This document shows, in pieces, positions 35,297 through 48,935 of a stretch of DNA of 64,000 nt. The stretch lies in assembly GCA_965221125.1 (NCBI GenBank), contig CBDCRW010000006.1:1-64000 (forward strand), read 5' to 3'. The position numbers were made by a program, and so were the translations under genes. The notes beneath the pieces were generated by a model that saw only the letters and a list, made by a program, of their open reading frames with translations, did not search any database and was not told the origin of the DNA. Source of the stretch: Alphaproteobacteria bacterium (GTDB lineage Bacteria; Pseudomonadota; Alphaproteobacteria; UBA828). How positions within the stretch are numbered: position 1 is the first letter of the stretch; each line of letters begins with the position of its first letter.

Positions 35297-36388
35297 ATGC
35301 AGTCACGACTCATCCTCTTCGCCGCCTCGGCCGGTATCGCCGCCCTCACTATCTATCTCCTCATCTCGGGGCGGAACATCCTGATCCCGATCGCCATCGC
35401 CGTCATGGCCTGGTACCTGATCAACGCGATCGCGCGCGGAATTAGGCGCATCAGCATACGCGGCGTGCGCCCGCCGCGCTGGGCCGCGCTCACGCTCACG
35501 GTGCTGGTGGTCATCGCGGCGGTGATGTCGCTGGCCGAGATGGTGAGCGGCAACTTCTCCGCCGTCGTCGATGCGATCCCCACCTACCAGGCCAACCTGC
35601 AGCGCCTGATCGGCGAGGTGGCCGCGCTGTTCGGGATGCAGGAGACGCCCAACCTCACCGATCTCGTCGAACGCATCGACTTCAGGTCGGTCGTCAGCAG
35701 CATCGCCGCGACGCTCACCGGAATCGCGGGCGAGGCCGGGCTCATCCTGGTCTACGTGCTCTTCCTCTTCGTCGAGCAGGGCAGCTTCGACCGCAAGATG
35801 AAGGCGCTCTTCCCCGACCCCGAGCGGGAGGAGCGGGTGCACAAGATCCTCACCCACATGAGCGAGGAGATTCAGAACTATCTCTGGATCAAGACCTTCA
35901 CGAGCGCGCTGACGGCGGGGCTGAGCTACGCCGTGCTGGCCTCGGTCGGCCTCGACTTCGCCGGCTTCTGGGTGGTCATCATCTTCCTGCTCAACTACAT
36001 CCCGACCATCGGCTCGCTGCTCGGCATCATCTTCCCGGCGCTGCTGGCGCTGGTGCAGTTCGATACCTTTGTGCCCTTCCTCATCGTTACTCCGAGCCTT
36101 GCCGTGATCCAGGTCTTCGTCGGCAACTTCCTGGAGCCGATGCTGATGGGCTCCTCGCTCAACATCAGCCCCTTCGCGACGCTCGTCTCGCTTGCGGTGT
36201 GGGGCTCGATCTGGGGTATACCGGGGATGTTCCTGTGCGTGCCCATCACCGTGATCGCCATGATCATCTTCGCCCACTTCCCCCGCACGCGGCCGATTGC
36301 GGTCATGCTGTCCACCGACGGCCGCGTCGCCTGGGGCGAGACCGAGCCTCGCCCGCCGCCAGACCCCCGCCCGCCGCCCGGAGCCTGA
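35297..36388 (+). CDS. AI-2E family transporter
   Basis: LNYIPTIGS, GNFLEPMLMGSSLNISP and WGIPGMFLCVP. Confidence 0.9.
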   Translation: MQSRLILFAASAGIAALTIYLLISGRNILIPIAIAVMAWYLINAIARGIRRISIRGVRPPRWAALTLTVLVVIAAVMSLAEMVSGNFSAVVDAIPTYQANLQRLIGEVAALFGMQETPNLTDLVERIDFRSVVSSIAATLTGIAGEAGLILVYVLFLFVEQGSFDRKMKALFPDPEREERVHKILTHMSEEIQNYLWIKTFTSALTAGLSYAVLASVGLDFAGFWVVIIFLLNYIPTIGSLLGIIFPALLALVQFDTFVPFLIVTPSLAVIQVFVGNFLEPMLMGSSLNISPFATLVSLAVWGSIWGIPGMFLCVPITVIAMIIFAHFPRTRPIAVMLSTDGRVAWGETEPRPPPDPRPPPGA

Positions 36389-36390
36389 CC

Positions 36391-37512
36391 ATGACCGTTC
36401 CCCAGGAAGACGCCCTCGCGATCGACGCCGGGCGGCTGAGAGAGGCTGTCGCCGCAATCTTCACGACCGCCGGCTGCGCGGAGGAGGAAGGCGCGCGCAT
36501 CGCCCGCTACCTGGTGGAATCCAACCTCACCGGGCACGACAGCCACGGCGTCATCCGCGTACCCCGCTACGTGTACTGGCTCGACGCCGGCACCGTGCGC
36601 GCAGGCCGGCACGTCAAGACGGTGATGGACGCAGGCGCGGTCGCCGTGCTCGACGGCGACCACGGCTTCGGCCAGACCATCGGCGAGGAGGCGATCACCC
36701 TCGCGGCGGAGAAGGCGCGCGAATACGGCGTCTCCGTGGTCGGCCTGCGCAACTCTGGCCACCTGGGGCGGATCGGCGACTGGGCCGAGCTCGCGGCGGC
36801 GGAGGGCCTGATCTCCATCCACTTCGTCAACACCAGCGGGCTCGGCATGATCGTGGCGCCCTTCGGTGGCACCGAGCGGCGCATGTCCACCAACCCCATC
36901 AGCATCGGCGTGCCGATGCCGGACGGCCCGCCGCTGGTGCTCGACTGCGCGACGTCGGTCGTGGCCGAGGGCAAGGTGCTGGTCGCGCTCAACGGCGGCA
37001 AGCCGCTGCCCGACGGCGCCCTGATCGAGCGGGACGGCACGCTCACCACCGATCCCAATGCCCTCTACGGCGAGGTGGACGGCACCCAGCCCCACGACCA
37101 GCGCACCGGCGCGGCCGCCGTGCGCGCGATGGGGGAGCACAAGGGCTCCGGCATCAGCTTCATGTGCGAGCTGCTCGCGGGCGCGCTCACCGGCGGCGGC
37201 TGCGGCAAGGCGGGCCACAAGACGCTGGAGAACAATATGCTGTCCATCCTGCTCGACCCGGCGCGCTTCGGGACCGAGACGGTGCTCTGGCCGGAGATCG
37301 ACCGCTACATCGAATTCGTGCGCAGCGCGCGTTCGGCGCCGGGGCATGACCAGGTGCGCCTCCCCGGCGAGCCCGAAGAGGAGATGCGCGCCGAGCGGCG
37401 TGCGCACGGCGTCCCCCTGCCGCGGAAGGTGCGGGCGAGCCTCGCGCTCACGGCGAACTCCCTCGGCCTGGCGGAGGTGGCCGCCGTGTTCGAGCCCGAG
37501 GCGCGCGCGTAG
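36391..37512 (+). CDS. Ldh_2 family (malate/L-lactate/ureidoglycolate) dehydrogenase
   Basis: GHDSHGV, HLGRIG, STNP, HKGSG and LPGEPE. Confidence 0.88.
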   Translation: MTVPQEDALAIDAGRLREAVAAIFTTAGCAEEEGARIARYLVESNLTGHDSHGVIRVPRYVYWLDAGTVRAGRHVKTVMDAGAVAVLDGDHGFGQTIGEEAITLAAEKAREYGVSVVGLRNSGHLGRIGDWAELAAAEGLISIHFVNTSGLGMIVAPFGGTERRMSTNPISIGVPMPDGPPLVLDCATSVVAEGKVLVALNGGKPLPDGALIERDGTLTTDPNALYGEVDGTQPHDQRTGAAAVRAMGEHKGSGISFMCELLAGALTGGGCGKAGHKTLENNMLSILLDPARFGTETVLWPEIDRYIEFVRSARSAPGHDQVRLPGEPEEEMRAERRAHGVPLPRKVRASLALTANSLGLAEVAAVFEPEARA

Positions 37513-37600
37513 GCCACAAATCGTGTAAGCTTTCCTTTACGATGCTACCCTTTCGCTCAATCATCCATCTTGCACCAGCCTCAGAGAGGTAGCTTGGGTT

Positions 37601-38677
37601 ATGCCTGCCGCCACCCCTGACCAGCTGGCTCATCAGCTGGGAACCCAACGAAGAATGGTCGACTTCGATACCTTCGACATTCAACTTCAAGAGCTCTTGC
37701 GAATGCTTGAGGGTGGCCAAATTACAATCGCCCCGGCCTACCAGCGCCAATTCAGATGGGATACTGAGAGATGCGCTCAGCTAATTGAATCTCTAATGTT
37801 GGGAATTCCCATCCCAAATCTATTTATGGCAACTAACGAGGACAACACTTGGGAGGCAGTCGATGGAGTTCAACGACTGAGTGCGATTGTCAAGTTTGCG
37901 GGCAACGATGAATTGAGGCAAAAATTAAAACTCGGGAAGGCTCTTGTTCTCGAAGGGTTACACAAGGTTAGTATGTTCAACGGACTTCCCTTTTCCAAGC
38001 TTCCGCAAACAATTCAACAACACATTAGAACACGCCCTCTGAAGGTTGTAACTTTAAACGACAAGAGCGATAAAGTTGTGCGGTTTGACTTGTTTGAACG
38101 GCTCAACACCGGAGGTGTTTCGTTATCGAGTCAGGAAATTCGTGATTGTGTATATCAGGGACCATTTGCCGAAAAGCTAGACGAATTGGCGGCGACCGGT
38201 GAGTTTAGAACGGTAGTAAGGTTAACAAGCAGACAGATCAAGGACGGAACAATAGAGGAATGTGTCTTGCGCTTTTTCGCATTCTTGGAGCGATATAAAA
38301 AATTTGAACACAGCGTGACGGACTTCTTGAATGATTACATGAGGGACGCTAGTGAACATTTTGAGCAAGCGAGAGAGCGTGAGTTTCGACGTACATTTGC
38401 TGAACTTGCAGAGTGCTTCCCTGATGGCATTAGGCGTCCAGGCCGGAAAGGTAACACACCCCTGAACTTGTTCGAAGGAGTGGCAGTTGGAGCTGCATTG
38501 GCTCTCAGGAGACACGCAGGCCTGGAGATTGCAAACTTACAACAATGGTTGGGCTCTGAAGAACTCCGACAGTATACAACCGGCGCAACCAATAATCGTC
38601 GTGCTGTGAATGGTCGTATCGAATTCTGCAGAGACCGCTTCATGGGAAAGCCTTATGTTCCCCACGTTGAAGAGTGA
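37601..38677 (+). CDS. DUF262 (ParB/GmrS-like) domain protein
   Basis: YQRQFRW, LIESLMLGIPIP, DGVQRL and FERLNTGG; AT-rich. Confidence 0.88.
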   Translation: MPAATPDQLAHQLGTQRRMVDFDTFDIQLQELLRMLEGGQITIAPAYQRQFRWDTERCAQLIESLMLGIPIPNLFMATNEDNTWEAVDGVQRLSAIVKFAGNDELRQKLKLGKALVLEGLHKVSMFNGLPFSKLPQTIQQHIRTRPLKVVTLNDKSDKVVRFDLFERLNTGGVSLSSQEIRDCVYQGPFAEKLDELAATGEFRTVVRLTSRQIKDGTIEECVLRFFAFLERYKKFEHSVTDFLNDYMRDASEHFEQAREREFRRTFAELAECFPDGIRRPGRKGNTPLNLFEGVAVGAALALRRHAGLEIANLQQWLGSEELRQYTTGATNNRRAVNGRIEFCRDRFMGKPYVPHVEE

Positions 38678-39299
38678 AGTTGAGGCGAGATTTGGGGCTA
38701 TCGAGAAGTTCTTGCAGGAGACCAAATGTCTAGAAGGAGATCACGCAGCAACTGCAAAGGGCTTGATGTTTGTTCAAGTTTACGCTGTGTATGAGTATAC
38801 GGTGAGGAGCGTAGTAAGGGCAGCGGTTGATTCAATAAGGGCTCGAAAAGATAAGTTGAAGCACCTTTCCCCGTCAATGTTGGCGTTGTTCCTAGATCCA
38901 GAGTGGGAGTCACTCAGAGACAGTGGAAGAAAAAGTCAGTGGCAGAGGCGCCTGAATATTATGGAACGGGCGTTTTCGAATGACGCTGTTGACTTATCTA
39001 GCGATACAAAATTACCAGACGATGGTTCGCACTTTAGGTACACACATTTGCTCATGATATTCAAGGTTTTTGGTATATCGCGGTTGCCAGTGCGCCGTAG
39101 GCGACACAGACAAAGAATCGACGAGGTGGTTGCTCACCGAAATTCAATTGCTCACGGGGAAGAGAAAGCGGACGACATAGGTAGGAGGTATAGTCGGTCG
39201 GACATTCGCCATATGACACGTCAGATGAAAAGTGTTTGCCTGCTGCAAGTAGAGGTTTTCGAAAGCTTTTGCTCGAGCAATTTGCCGCGTCGAAGATAG
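38655..39299 (+). CDS. HEPN nuclease (MAE_28990 / RiboL-PSP-like)
   Basis: YAVYE helix and RNSIAHG (Rx4H); overlaps the DUF262 gene by 23 nt. Confidence 0.8.
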   Translation: MFPTLKSEVEARFGAIEKFLQETKCLEGDHAATAKGLMFVQVYAVYEYTVRSVVRAAVDSIRARKDKLKHLSPSMLALFLDPEWESLRDSGRKSQWQRRLNIMERAFSNDAVDLSSDTKLPDDGSHFRYTHLLMIFKVFGISRLPVRRRRHRQRIDEVVAHRNSIAHGEEKADDIGRRYSRSDIRHMTRQMKSVCLLQVEVFESFCSSNLPRRR

Positions 39300-39418
39300 G
39301 AGGGGGGAGCACAAAGAATGGTGCCATTTGGAGAGTTTGTATTGGATACTTTCAACTCCTTCCGGTTGTACAGGCCCCTGCTTGACCTTATTTCGGCAGA
39401 TAGCTTTACGATGGCGCG

Positions 39419-40198
39419 CTACCACACGCCGGGGTAGCGGCCCCCGTCGATCACCAGGTTCTGGCCGGTGATGTAGCCGGCCTGCGCGCTGCAGAGGAAG
39501 GCGCAGGCCTCGCCGAACTCGGTCTCGTTGCCGAAGCGCTTCGCCGGCACGCTCTCCCTCTGCCGCTCGGCGAACTCGTCGACGCTGAGGCCGGCCCTCT
39601 TGGCGCCCTTCTCGATGCCGTCGTAAAGCCGCTCGGTATCGAAGAAACCCGGCAAGAGGTGGTTGATCGTCACGTTGCTCGCGGCGACTTGGGGCAGGAC
39701 GCCGGCAAGGAAGGCGGAGAGGCCTGCGCGCGCGCCGCTGGAGAGGTCGAGGCCCGGCACCGGCATCTTCACCGAAACCGAGGTGATGTTGACGATCCGC
39801 CCGAAGCCGCGTGCGGCCATGCCGTCGATCACGTGGCCGATCATCTCCACCGGGGTCGCCATGTTCATCACCACGCCCTGGATGAACGCGGGGCGGTCGA
39901 TCTCGCGGAAGTCGCGGCGGGGCGGGCCGCCGTTGTTGTTGACGAGGATGTCGGGCTCGGGCACCGCCTCGATCAGGGCGGCCTGAATTGCGGGCTCGCT
40001 GATGTCGCCGGCGACCGTCTGCACGGCAACGCCGGTCTCGTCGCGGATCGCCTGCGCCGTCTCCTCGAGGGAGGCGCGGTCGCGCCCGTTGATGACGATG
40101 TCCACCCCGTTCCGGGCGAGCGAGACGGCGCAGCCCCGGCCGAGCCCGCGGCTTCCGGCGCAGACGATGGCGCTGCGCCCCTTGATACCGAGATCCAT
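39419..40198 (-). CDS. SDR family oxidoreductase
   Basis: MDLGIKGR...AGSRGLG, LVNNNGGPP and GYITGQNLVIDGG. Confidence 0.9.
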   Translation of the reverse strand: MDLGIKGRSAIVCAGSRGLGRGCAVSLARNGVDIVINGRDRASLEETAQAIRDETGVAVQTVAGDISEPAIQAALIEAVPEPDILVNNNGGPPRRDFREIDRPAFIQGVVMNMATPVEMIGHVIDGMAARGFGRIVNITSVSVKMPVPGLDLSSGARAGLSAFLAGVLPQVAASNVTINHLLPGFFDTERLYDGIEKGAKRAGLSVDEFAERQRESVPAKRFGNETEFGEACAFLCSAQAGYITGQNLVIDGGRYPGVW

Positions 40199-40316
40199 GG
40201 CTCCTATCTCCCCTGCAGCGGCCGCATCCTGGCGCGGCTTCCCCCGCCGACGCAAGGCCGCAACCCCAAGCTCCCGCGGACAACGAAGCGATGCTTGATT
40301 CGCCGCAACAATGGTG

Positions 40317-40343
40317 TTAGCACTCATTCCTAGCGAGTGCTAA
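40317..40343 (+). promoter_or_regulatory. CIRCE operator (HrcA site)
   Basis: Perfect TTAGCACTC-N9-GAGTGCTAA upstream of groES; the IR extends to GGTG/CACC. Confidence 0.97.
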
Positions 40344-40385
40344 CACCGCTTCCAGACCATCGTCAGGACGAAATCGGAGGAACCA

Positions 40386-40700
40386 ATGAAGTTTCGACCG
40401 CTGCATGACAGGGTCGTGGTCCGTCGCATTGGCGAGGACACCAAGACCGCCGGCGGAATCATCATCCCCGACACGGCTCAGGAGAAGCCGCAGGAAGGCG
40501 AGGTCGTGGCCGTGGGCCCCGGCACCCGCGCCGATGACGGGACGCTGCATGCGCTGGACGTGAAGCCGGGCGACCGTGTGCTGTTCGGCAAGTGGTCCGG
40601 CAACGAAGTGTCGCTCGATGGCGACGAGCTCCTCTTCATGAAGGAGTCCGACATCATGGCCATCGTCGAGACCGGCAAGAAGGCGAAGAAGGCCGCGTAG
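40386..40700 (+). CDS. groES: Co-chaperonin GroES
   Basis: [21 protein letters not shown] and KESDIM. Confidence 0.97.
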   Translation: MKFRPLHDRVVVRRIGEDTKTAGGIIIPDTAQEKPQEGEVVAVGPGTRADDGTLHALDVKPGDRVLFGKWSGNEVSLDGDELLFMKESDIMAIVETGKKAKKAA

Positions 40701-42374
<1,674 letters not shown>

Positions 42375-42397
42375 CCCGGCCTTCCAGGCTTTCGTTC

Positions 42398-42426
42398 AGG
42401 GGCGGGCCTTCGGGTCCGCCCCTTTT
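42398..42426 (+). terminator. Rho-independent terminator of groESL
   Basis: AGGGGCGGGCC-TTCG-GGTCCGCCCCT followed by a T run. Confidence 0.9.
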
Positions 42427-42653
42427 CGTTCAAGTACTTCTCAGACTTCAAGTGGTGCATGAAACGTGTATACCGGCACTGCACCAAAATGCACCTACAT
42501 CGCTACAAAGCCGAATCTGAGTTTCACCACGACAATCATTCTTTGAGTTAAATCAACGGCTTCACCTGGTTAGAGTCGCTTCTTAGTGGCGTCGTCGGCA
42601 AGTGGCCTCTGTACCGGGACTCGTTTCACGTATAATGTCGCCTAAACCGTTGA

Positions 42654-43418
42654 GTGGGGGGATTCGCGTTGGCTGACGCGAAGGACCTAGTCCTAAAGAT
42701 CGACGCCTATGCTCCCGAGACGATGCCGATGAGTCGTCTTGCGGAGTACATGACTGACTTGGCCAAGCTCCTCGGGGAGAAGGCCAGTGTTCATTTTGTG
42801 CGTCTTGAGCCTGGGAGTACCCAACTGGTTCACCGCATTGACCACGAAGCCGTACCCAAGGTGGAAGAACGTCTGCGTCGAGTGAGGACAGGAAGTGGTC
42901 CGAGCGAAGCTCAACGCGCTGCTGCCGAAATTAACCGCCGGCTAGCTGCGGACAACGCGAGCGGTGTACTGAAGGAAAAAGCTGGATCCGAGATTATTCC
43001 GTTTCCGGGCGTACATCGTTTTGTCGAACCCGAATTCGGTCCATTCAATGAGCCTGGCTCCATAGATGGCGTAATAATCCGGGTTGGAGGACAAAGGCAG
43101 AAGGTGCCCGTACATCTTGAAACCAGGACAGGCTTTGAAACTCATTGCGAGACTACACGCGATTTAGCGAAGGAATTGGGAAAGCTCATCTACGGACCAG
43201 AAGTGCGCTGTATCGGATTTGGCCGCTGGCACCGAGACGGTACAGGCACTTGGGAAATGCGTAATTTCACAATTTCCGAGTTTTCCATATTGGATGACAG
43301 GCCGTTGGCAGAGGTAGTTGCTGAGCTTCACGCTGTAGAGGGGAGTGGTTGGCGAGAAATTGCCGACCCGTGGGCCGAGCTTTCTGACATTCGATCCGAC
43401 AGCAAGGCTCCTAAGTAG
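42654..43418 (+). CDS. Hypothetical protein, coupled partner of a PIN nuclease
   Basis: 254-aa AT-richer ORF (PETMPMSRLAEYM...VHFVRLEPGST); TATAAT at 42631-42636; stop overlaps the next start (TAGTG); start uncertain. Confidence 0.75.
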   Translation: MGGFALADAKDLVLKIDAYAPETMPMSRLAEYMTDLAKLLGEKASVHFVRLEPGSTQLVHRIDHEAVPKVEERLRRVRTGSGPSEAQRAAAEINRRLAADNASGVLKEKAGSEIIPFPGVHRFVEPEFGPFNEPGSIDGVIIRVGGQRQKVPVHLETRTGFETHCETTRDLAKELGKLIYGPEVRCIGFGRWHRDGTGTWEMRNFTISEFSILDDRPLAEVVAELHAVEGSGWREIADPWAELSDIRSDSKAPK

Positions 43419-43996
43419 TGGCACTATTTGACGCCAATATCTTGTTGCTTTTGCTGGACCCCACCTTGCCGGCGCCCCTTGATAAGGCTACCGGAAAGAC
43501 GGTGACGGACGTCGGGCGACGAATCAAATATCTGGTCAGTTTGCTACAGAAAGACCGAACAAAGATCATTATTCCGACACCCGCTCTTGCTGAGGTTCTG
43601 ACGCGAGCAGAGCGGGCGGGCGCTGACTACTTTACGATGCTGAATCGATCAGCAGCGTTCAAGATTGAACCATTTGAAACCCGCGCTGCCATCGAATTGG
43701 CTCGGATGACTGCAATGGCGCTTGCCGGCGGAGATAAACGGGAAGGCCTCGAAGCTACATGGAGCAAGATTAAGTTCGACAGACAAATTGTAGCAATCGC
43801 AAAAGTGGCTAAAGTTTCAACAGTGTATTCCGATGATGAAGACTTGGGGAGATTTGCTAAAGCCCAAGGGCTTAGTGTGATGACAGTTGGGGAATTGCCC
43901 TTGCCTCCCGAAGATGCTCAGATGACATTCGCTTGGGACGTGATTCACGAAGAGCAAGAAGCTGATGAGAATCAGCCGTACGAAGATATGAACTGA
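43418..43996 (+). CDS. PIN-domain nuclease
   Basis: Acidic tetrad pattern FDAN, PTPALAE, KFDRQIVAIA and YSDDEDL. Confidence 0.82.
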   Translation: MALFDANILLLLLDPTLPAPLDKATGKTVTDVGRRIKYLVSLLQKDRTKIIIPTPALAEVLTRAERAGADYFTMLNRSAAFKIEPFETRAAIELARMTAMALAGGDKREGLEATWSKIKFDRQIVAIAKVAKVSTVYSDDEDLGRFAKAQGLSVMTVGELPLPPEDAQMTFAWDVIHEEQEADENQPYEDMN

Positions 43997-44119
43997 GGTA
44001 TCACGTGATACCAAGCGCTTATATCTGGGGCGTCTGTCAGCAAGTAGTGCGAACAGAATAGCCATCTTTCGTTTGCAGCCGCGGCACGCACGAGCGCTGC
44101 ATCAGCCGAGGGAATCCCC

Positions 44120-45565
44120 ATGAGCGCCGATATCGGAGCCTTGTTCGACGAGCGGGATTCGCTCGAGATCGCAGCCCTGGTGAAGGCGGGCGAAGTGACG
44201 CCCAGCGAGCTTGCCGAGGAGGCGATCGGGCGCATCGAGGCGCTGAACCCGGTGCTGAACGCGGTCTCCATCCCGCTCTTCGACCATGGCCGCGAGGCCG
44301 CCGCCGACCCCGCCCTGCCCGACGGGCCGTTCAAGGGCGTGCCGTTTCTGCTCAAGGACCTCGGCACGCTGTGGGAGGGCATCCCGCTGGTCAACAGCTG
44401 CCCCTACTTCAAGGACTTCGTCTGCCCTGCCGACATGACGTACACGCGGCGGATCAAGCAGGCGGGCTTCGTGCTGCTCGGCCGCAGCAACGCGCCCGAG
44501 ATGGGCTGGTGCCTGGCCACCGAGCCCACCCTCTTCGGCCGCGCCAACAACCCCTGGAACCTGGAGCGTACGCCCGGCGGCTCCAGCGGCGGTGCGGCGG
44601 CGGCGCTGGCGGCGCGCATGGTGCCCTTCGTCGATGCGAGCGACGGCGCGGGCTCGACGCGCGTGCCGGCGTCGCATTGCGGGCTGGTGGGGCTCAAGCC
44701 CGCGCGCGGCCGGGTCACGCTCGAGCCCTACCCCGACTACTGGTACGGCGGCGCGAGCTTCCTCACCGTGACCCACACGGTGCGCGAGACCGCCGCCTAT
44801 CTCGACGCGGTCGGCGGCCGGGTGACGGGCGACGTCTACTACACGGACATGCCGGAAACTCCGTACCTGGACGAGGTGGGGCGCGAGCCCGGCACGCTCC
44901 GCATCGGCGTCACCACGGCCTCGCCGGCGGGGCTCCCCATCCACGACGAGGTGGCGCAGGCGGTGCAGGGTGCCGCGGCGCTCTGCGAGAGCCTCGGCCA
45001 CGAGGTGGAGGAGCGGGAGCTTGCCCTGGACTGGGAGCGGTTCTGGGGCGCGTACACGCGGATGACGGCGGCGGAGACGGCCTCAGGGCTAGAGGATGCG
45101 GAGGCGCTGATCGGCCGCCCGATGACGGAAGACGACGTGGCGCCTCTGATCTGGGCGATCGTCCAGAAGGGCAAGGCCATCGGCGGGCCGCAGCACTACC
45201 GCGACGTGAACGATCTCAAGCTCATCAGCCGCGCGCTGATCGCGAGCATGGCGGACTGCGACGTGCACCTGATGCCGGTGATCGGCCACCCCGCCCGCCC
45301 CCACGGCCACTATCCCATGAGCATGGGCGATATCGAGCGCTACAACGCCGACCTCATGGGGCCGGATGCGGTGTTCACGGCGCCGTTCAACGCTTCCGGC
45401 CTGCCTGGCATGTCGCTGCCGCTGCACGTGACGGCCGACGGCCTGCCGGTGGGCGTGCAGCTCGTCGGCCGCGAGTGCGACGAGCGCACCCTCTTTCGCC
45501 TCGCCGGCCAGCTCGAGGCCGCGAAGCCCTGGAAGCACCGCCGCCCGCCAATTCTCGCCGGCTAG
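44120..45565 (+). CDS. Amidase-signature family amidase
   Basis: GVPFLLKD and TPGGSSGG...ASDGAGSTRVPASHCG. Confidence 0.92.
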   Translation: MSADIGALFDERDSLEIAALVKAGEVTPSELAEEAIGRIEALNPVLNAVSIPLFDHGREAAADPALPDGPFKGVPFLLKDLGTLWEGIPLVNSCPYFKDFVCPADMTYTRRIKQAGFVLLGRSNAPEMGWCLATEPTLFGRANNPWNLERTPGGSSGGAAAALAARMVPFVDASDGAGSTRVPASHCGLVGLKPARGRVTLEPYPDYWYGGASFLTVTHTVRETAAYLDAVGGRVTGDVYYTDMPETPYLDEVGREPGTLRIGVTTASPAGLPIHDEVAQAVQGAAALCESLGHEVEERELALDWERFWGAYTRMTAAETASGLEDAEALIGRPMTEDDVAPLIWAIVQKGKAIGGPQHYRDVNDLKLISRALIASMADCDVHLMPVIGHPARPHGHYPMSMGDIERYNADLMGPDAVFTAPFNASGLPGMSLPLHVTADGLPVGVQLVGRECDERTLFRLAGQLEAAKPWKHRRPPILAG

Positions 45566-45575
45566 AGCGTTTCCG
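45563..45575 (+). repeat. Half copy of the TAGAGCGTTTCCG intergenic motif
   Basis: Identical 13-mer to the 34584-34620 palindrome arm; starts at the amidase TAG, between convergent genes. Confidence 0.55.
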
Positions 45576-45592
45576 CACGAAGCGGGAGGGAC

Positions 45593-46732
45593 CTAGTCCT
45601 TCAGGTCCTCCCACAACTCCTTCACCTTTGAGAAGAAGCCCTCCGCCTCGGGGCTGGTGGGGCGGGAGCCGCCGTGGTCGTCGAACTGCTTGAGCAGCTC
45701 CTTCTGCCGCTTGGTGAGGTTGACCGGCGTCTCGACCGCGACCTCGATGTACATGTCGCCGTGGCCGGCGCCCCGCAGCGCCGGCATGCCCTTGCCGCGC
45801 AGGCGGAACTGATGCCCTGACTGTGTGCCGGCCGGCACCGTGACGCGCGCGCGGCTGCCGCCGACGGTGGGCACCTCAACCGCGCCGCCCAGCGTCGCCG
45901 TCGTCATCGGGATCGGCACGCGGCAGTGAATGTGCATCGCGTCCCGCTGGAAGATGTGGTGCGGCTTGAGCGAGAGGAAGATGTAGAGATCGCCCGGTGG
46001 GGCGCCGCGCGCGCCGGCCTCGCCCTCGCCGGCCAAGCGGATGCGGGTGCCGTCCTCGACGCCGGACGGGATGTTCACCGCGAGCGATTTCTCCTTCTGC
46101 ACACGGCCCGCGCCGCGGCACTCGGGGCAGGGATCGGCGATGACCTGGCCCGCGCCTTGGCAGGTGGGGCAGGTCCGCTCGACGGTGAAGAAGCCCTGCT
46201 GCGCCCGCACTTTGCCCACGCCGCCGCAGGTGCCGCACGCGGTGGGCCGCGTGCCCGCGCGGGCGCCGGAGCCGTTGCAGGCCTCGCAGCTCACCGTGCC
46301 GGGGACGCGTATCGTCGCCTGCTTGCCGGAGAAGGCGTCCTCCAGCGAGATCTCCATGTTGTAGCGGAGATCGGCGCCGCGCGGCGGCTGCCGCCGGCCG
46401 CCGCGCCTCGCGCCGCCGCCCATGAACTCCCCGAACAGATCGTCGAAGACGTCGGCGAAGCTGGTGCCGAAGTCGAAGCCGGCCGCGCCGGGGCCGCCGC
46501 TCGCGCCATCGAACGCGGCGTGGCCGAAGCGGTCGTAGGCCGCGCGCTTCTCCTTGTCGGAGAGCACGTGGTAGGCCTCGGAGATCTCCTTGAACTTCTG
46601 CTCGGCGACCTTGTCGTCCGGGTTGCGGTCCGGATGGTATTGCATCGCGAGCTTGCGATAGGCCTTCTTAAGGTCGTCCTCGCTGGCATCGCGGGAGGCG
46701 CCGAGAAGGTCGTAATAGTCGGCCTTGGCCAT
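45593..46732 (-). CDS. dnaJ: Chaperone DnaJ
   Basis: HPD, G/F region and four CxxCxGxG repeats. Confidence 0.97.
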   Translation of the reverse strand: MAKADYYDLLGASRDASEDDLKKAYRKLAMQYHPDRNPDDKVAEQKFKEISEAYHVLSDKEKRAAYDRFGHAAFDGASGGPGAAGFDFGTSFADVFDDLFGEFMGGGARRGGRRQPPRGADLRYNMEISLEDAFSGKQATIRVPGTVSCEACNGSGARAGTRPTACGTCGGVGKVRAQQGFFTVERTCPTCQGAGQVIADPCPECRGAGRVQKEKSLAVNIPSGVEDGTRIRLAGEGEAGARGAPPGDLYIFLSLKPHHIFQRDAMHIHCRVPIPMTTATLGGAVEVPTVGGSRARVTVPAGTQSGHQFRLRGKGMPALRGAGHGDMYIEVAVETPVNLTKRQKELLKQFDDHGGSRPTSPEAEGFFSKVKELWEDLKD

Positions 46733-46812
46733 GGCTCAGCGGCCCGTCGCGGCCCGAAGTGCGGGCAGGCGGCAGTCGTCGCTTTGCAGGGGCACGGGTG
46801 GCGCCCGCCGGC

Positions 46813-48762
<1,950 letters not shown>

Positions 48763-48892
48763 GTCTCGTCCCTATCGTCAGCAGGCCCGAGCGACCACAT
48801 CATGCATCGCGTCGAGCCCCGGTGTCCCTCACCCCACGCCTGGCGACCGTGGGGCCTCCCTCGCGGCGGTCGCCCGCCGCGCTCAAGCCTCA

Positions 48893-48920
48893 ATATGGGT
48901 GCGGATTCGCGCGCTGCAAG
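48893..48920 (-). promoter_or_regulatory. Putative RpoH (sigma-32) promoter of dnaK
   Basis: Minus strand CTTG-N17-CCCATAT, matching the alphaproteobacterial RpoH consensus. Confidence 0.75.
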
Positions 48921-48935
48921 CGCCCCGTGCAGCGC

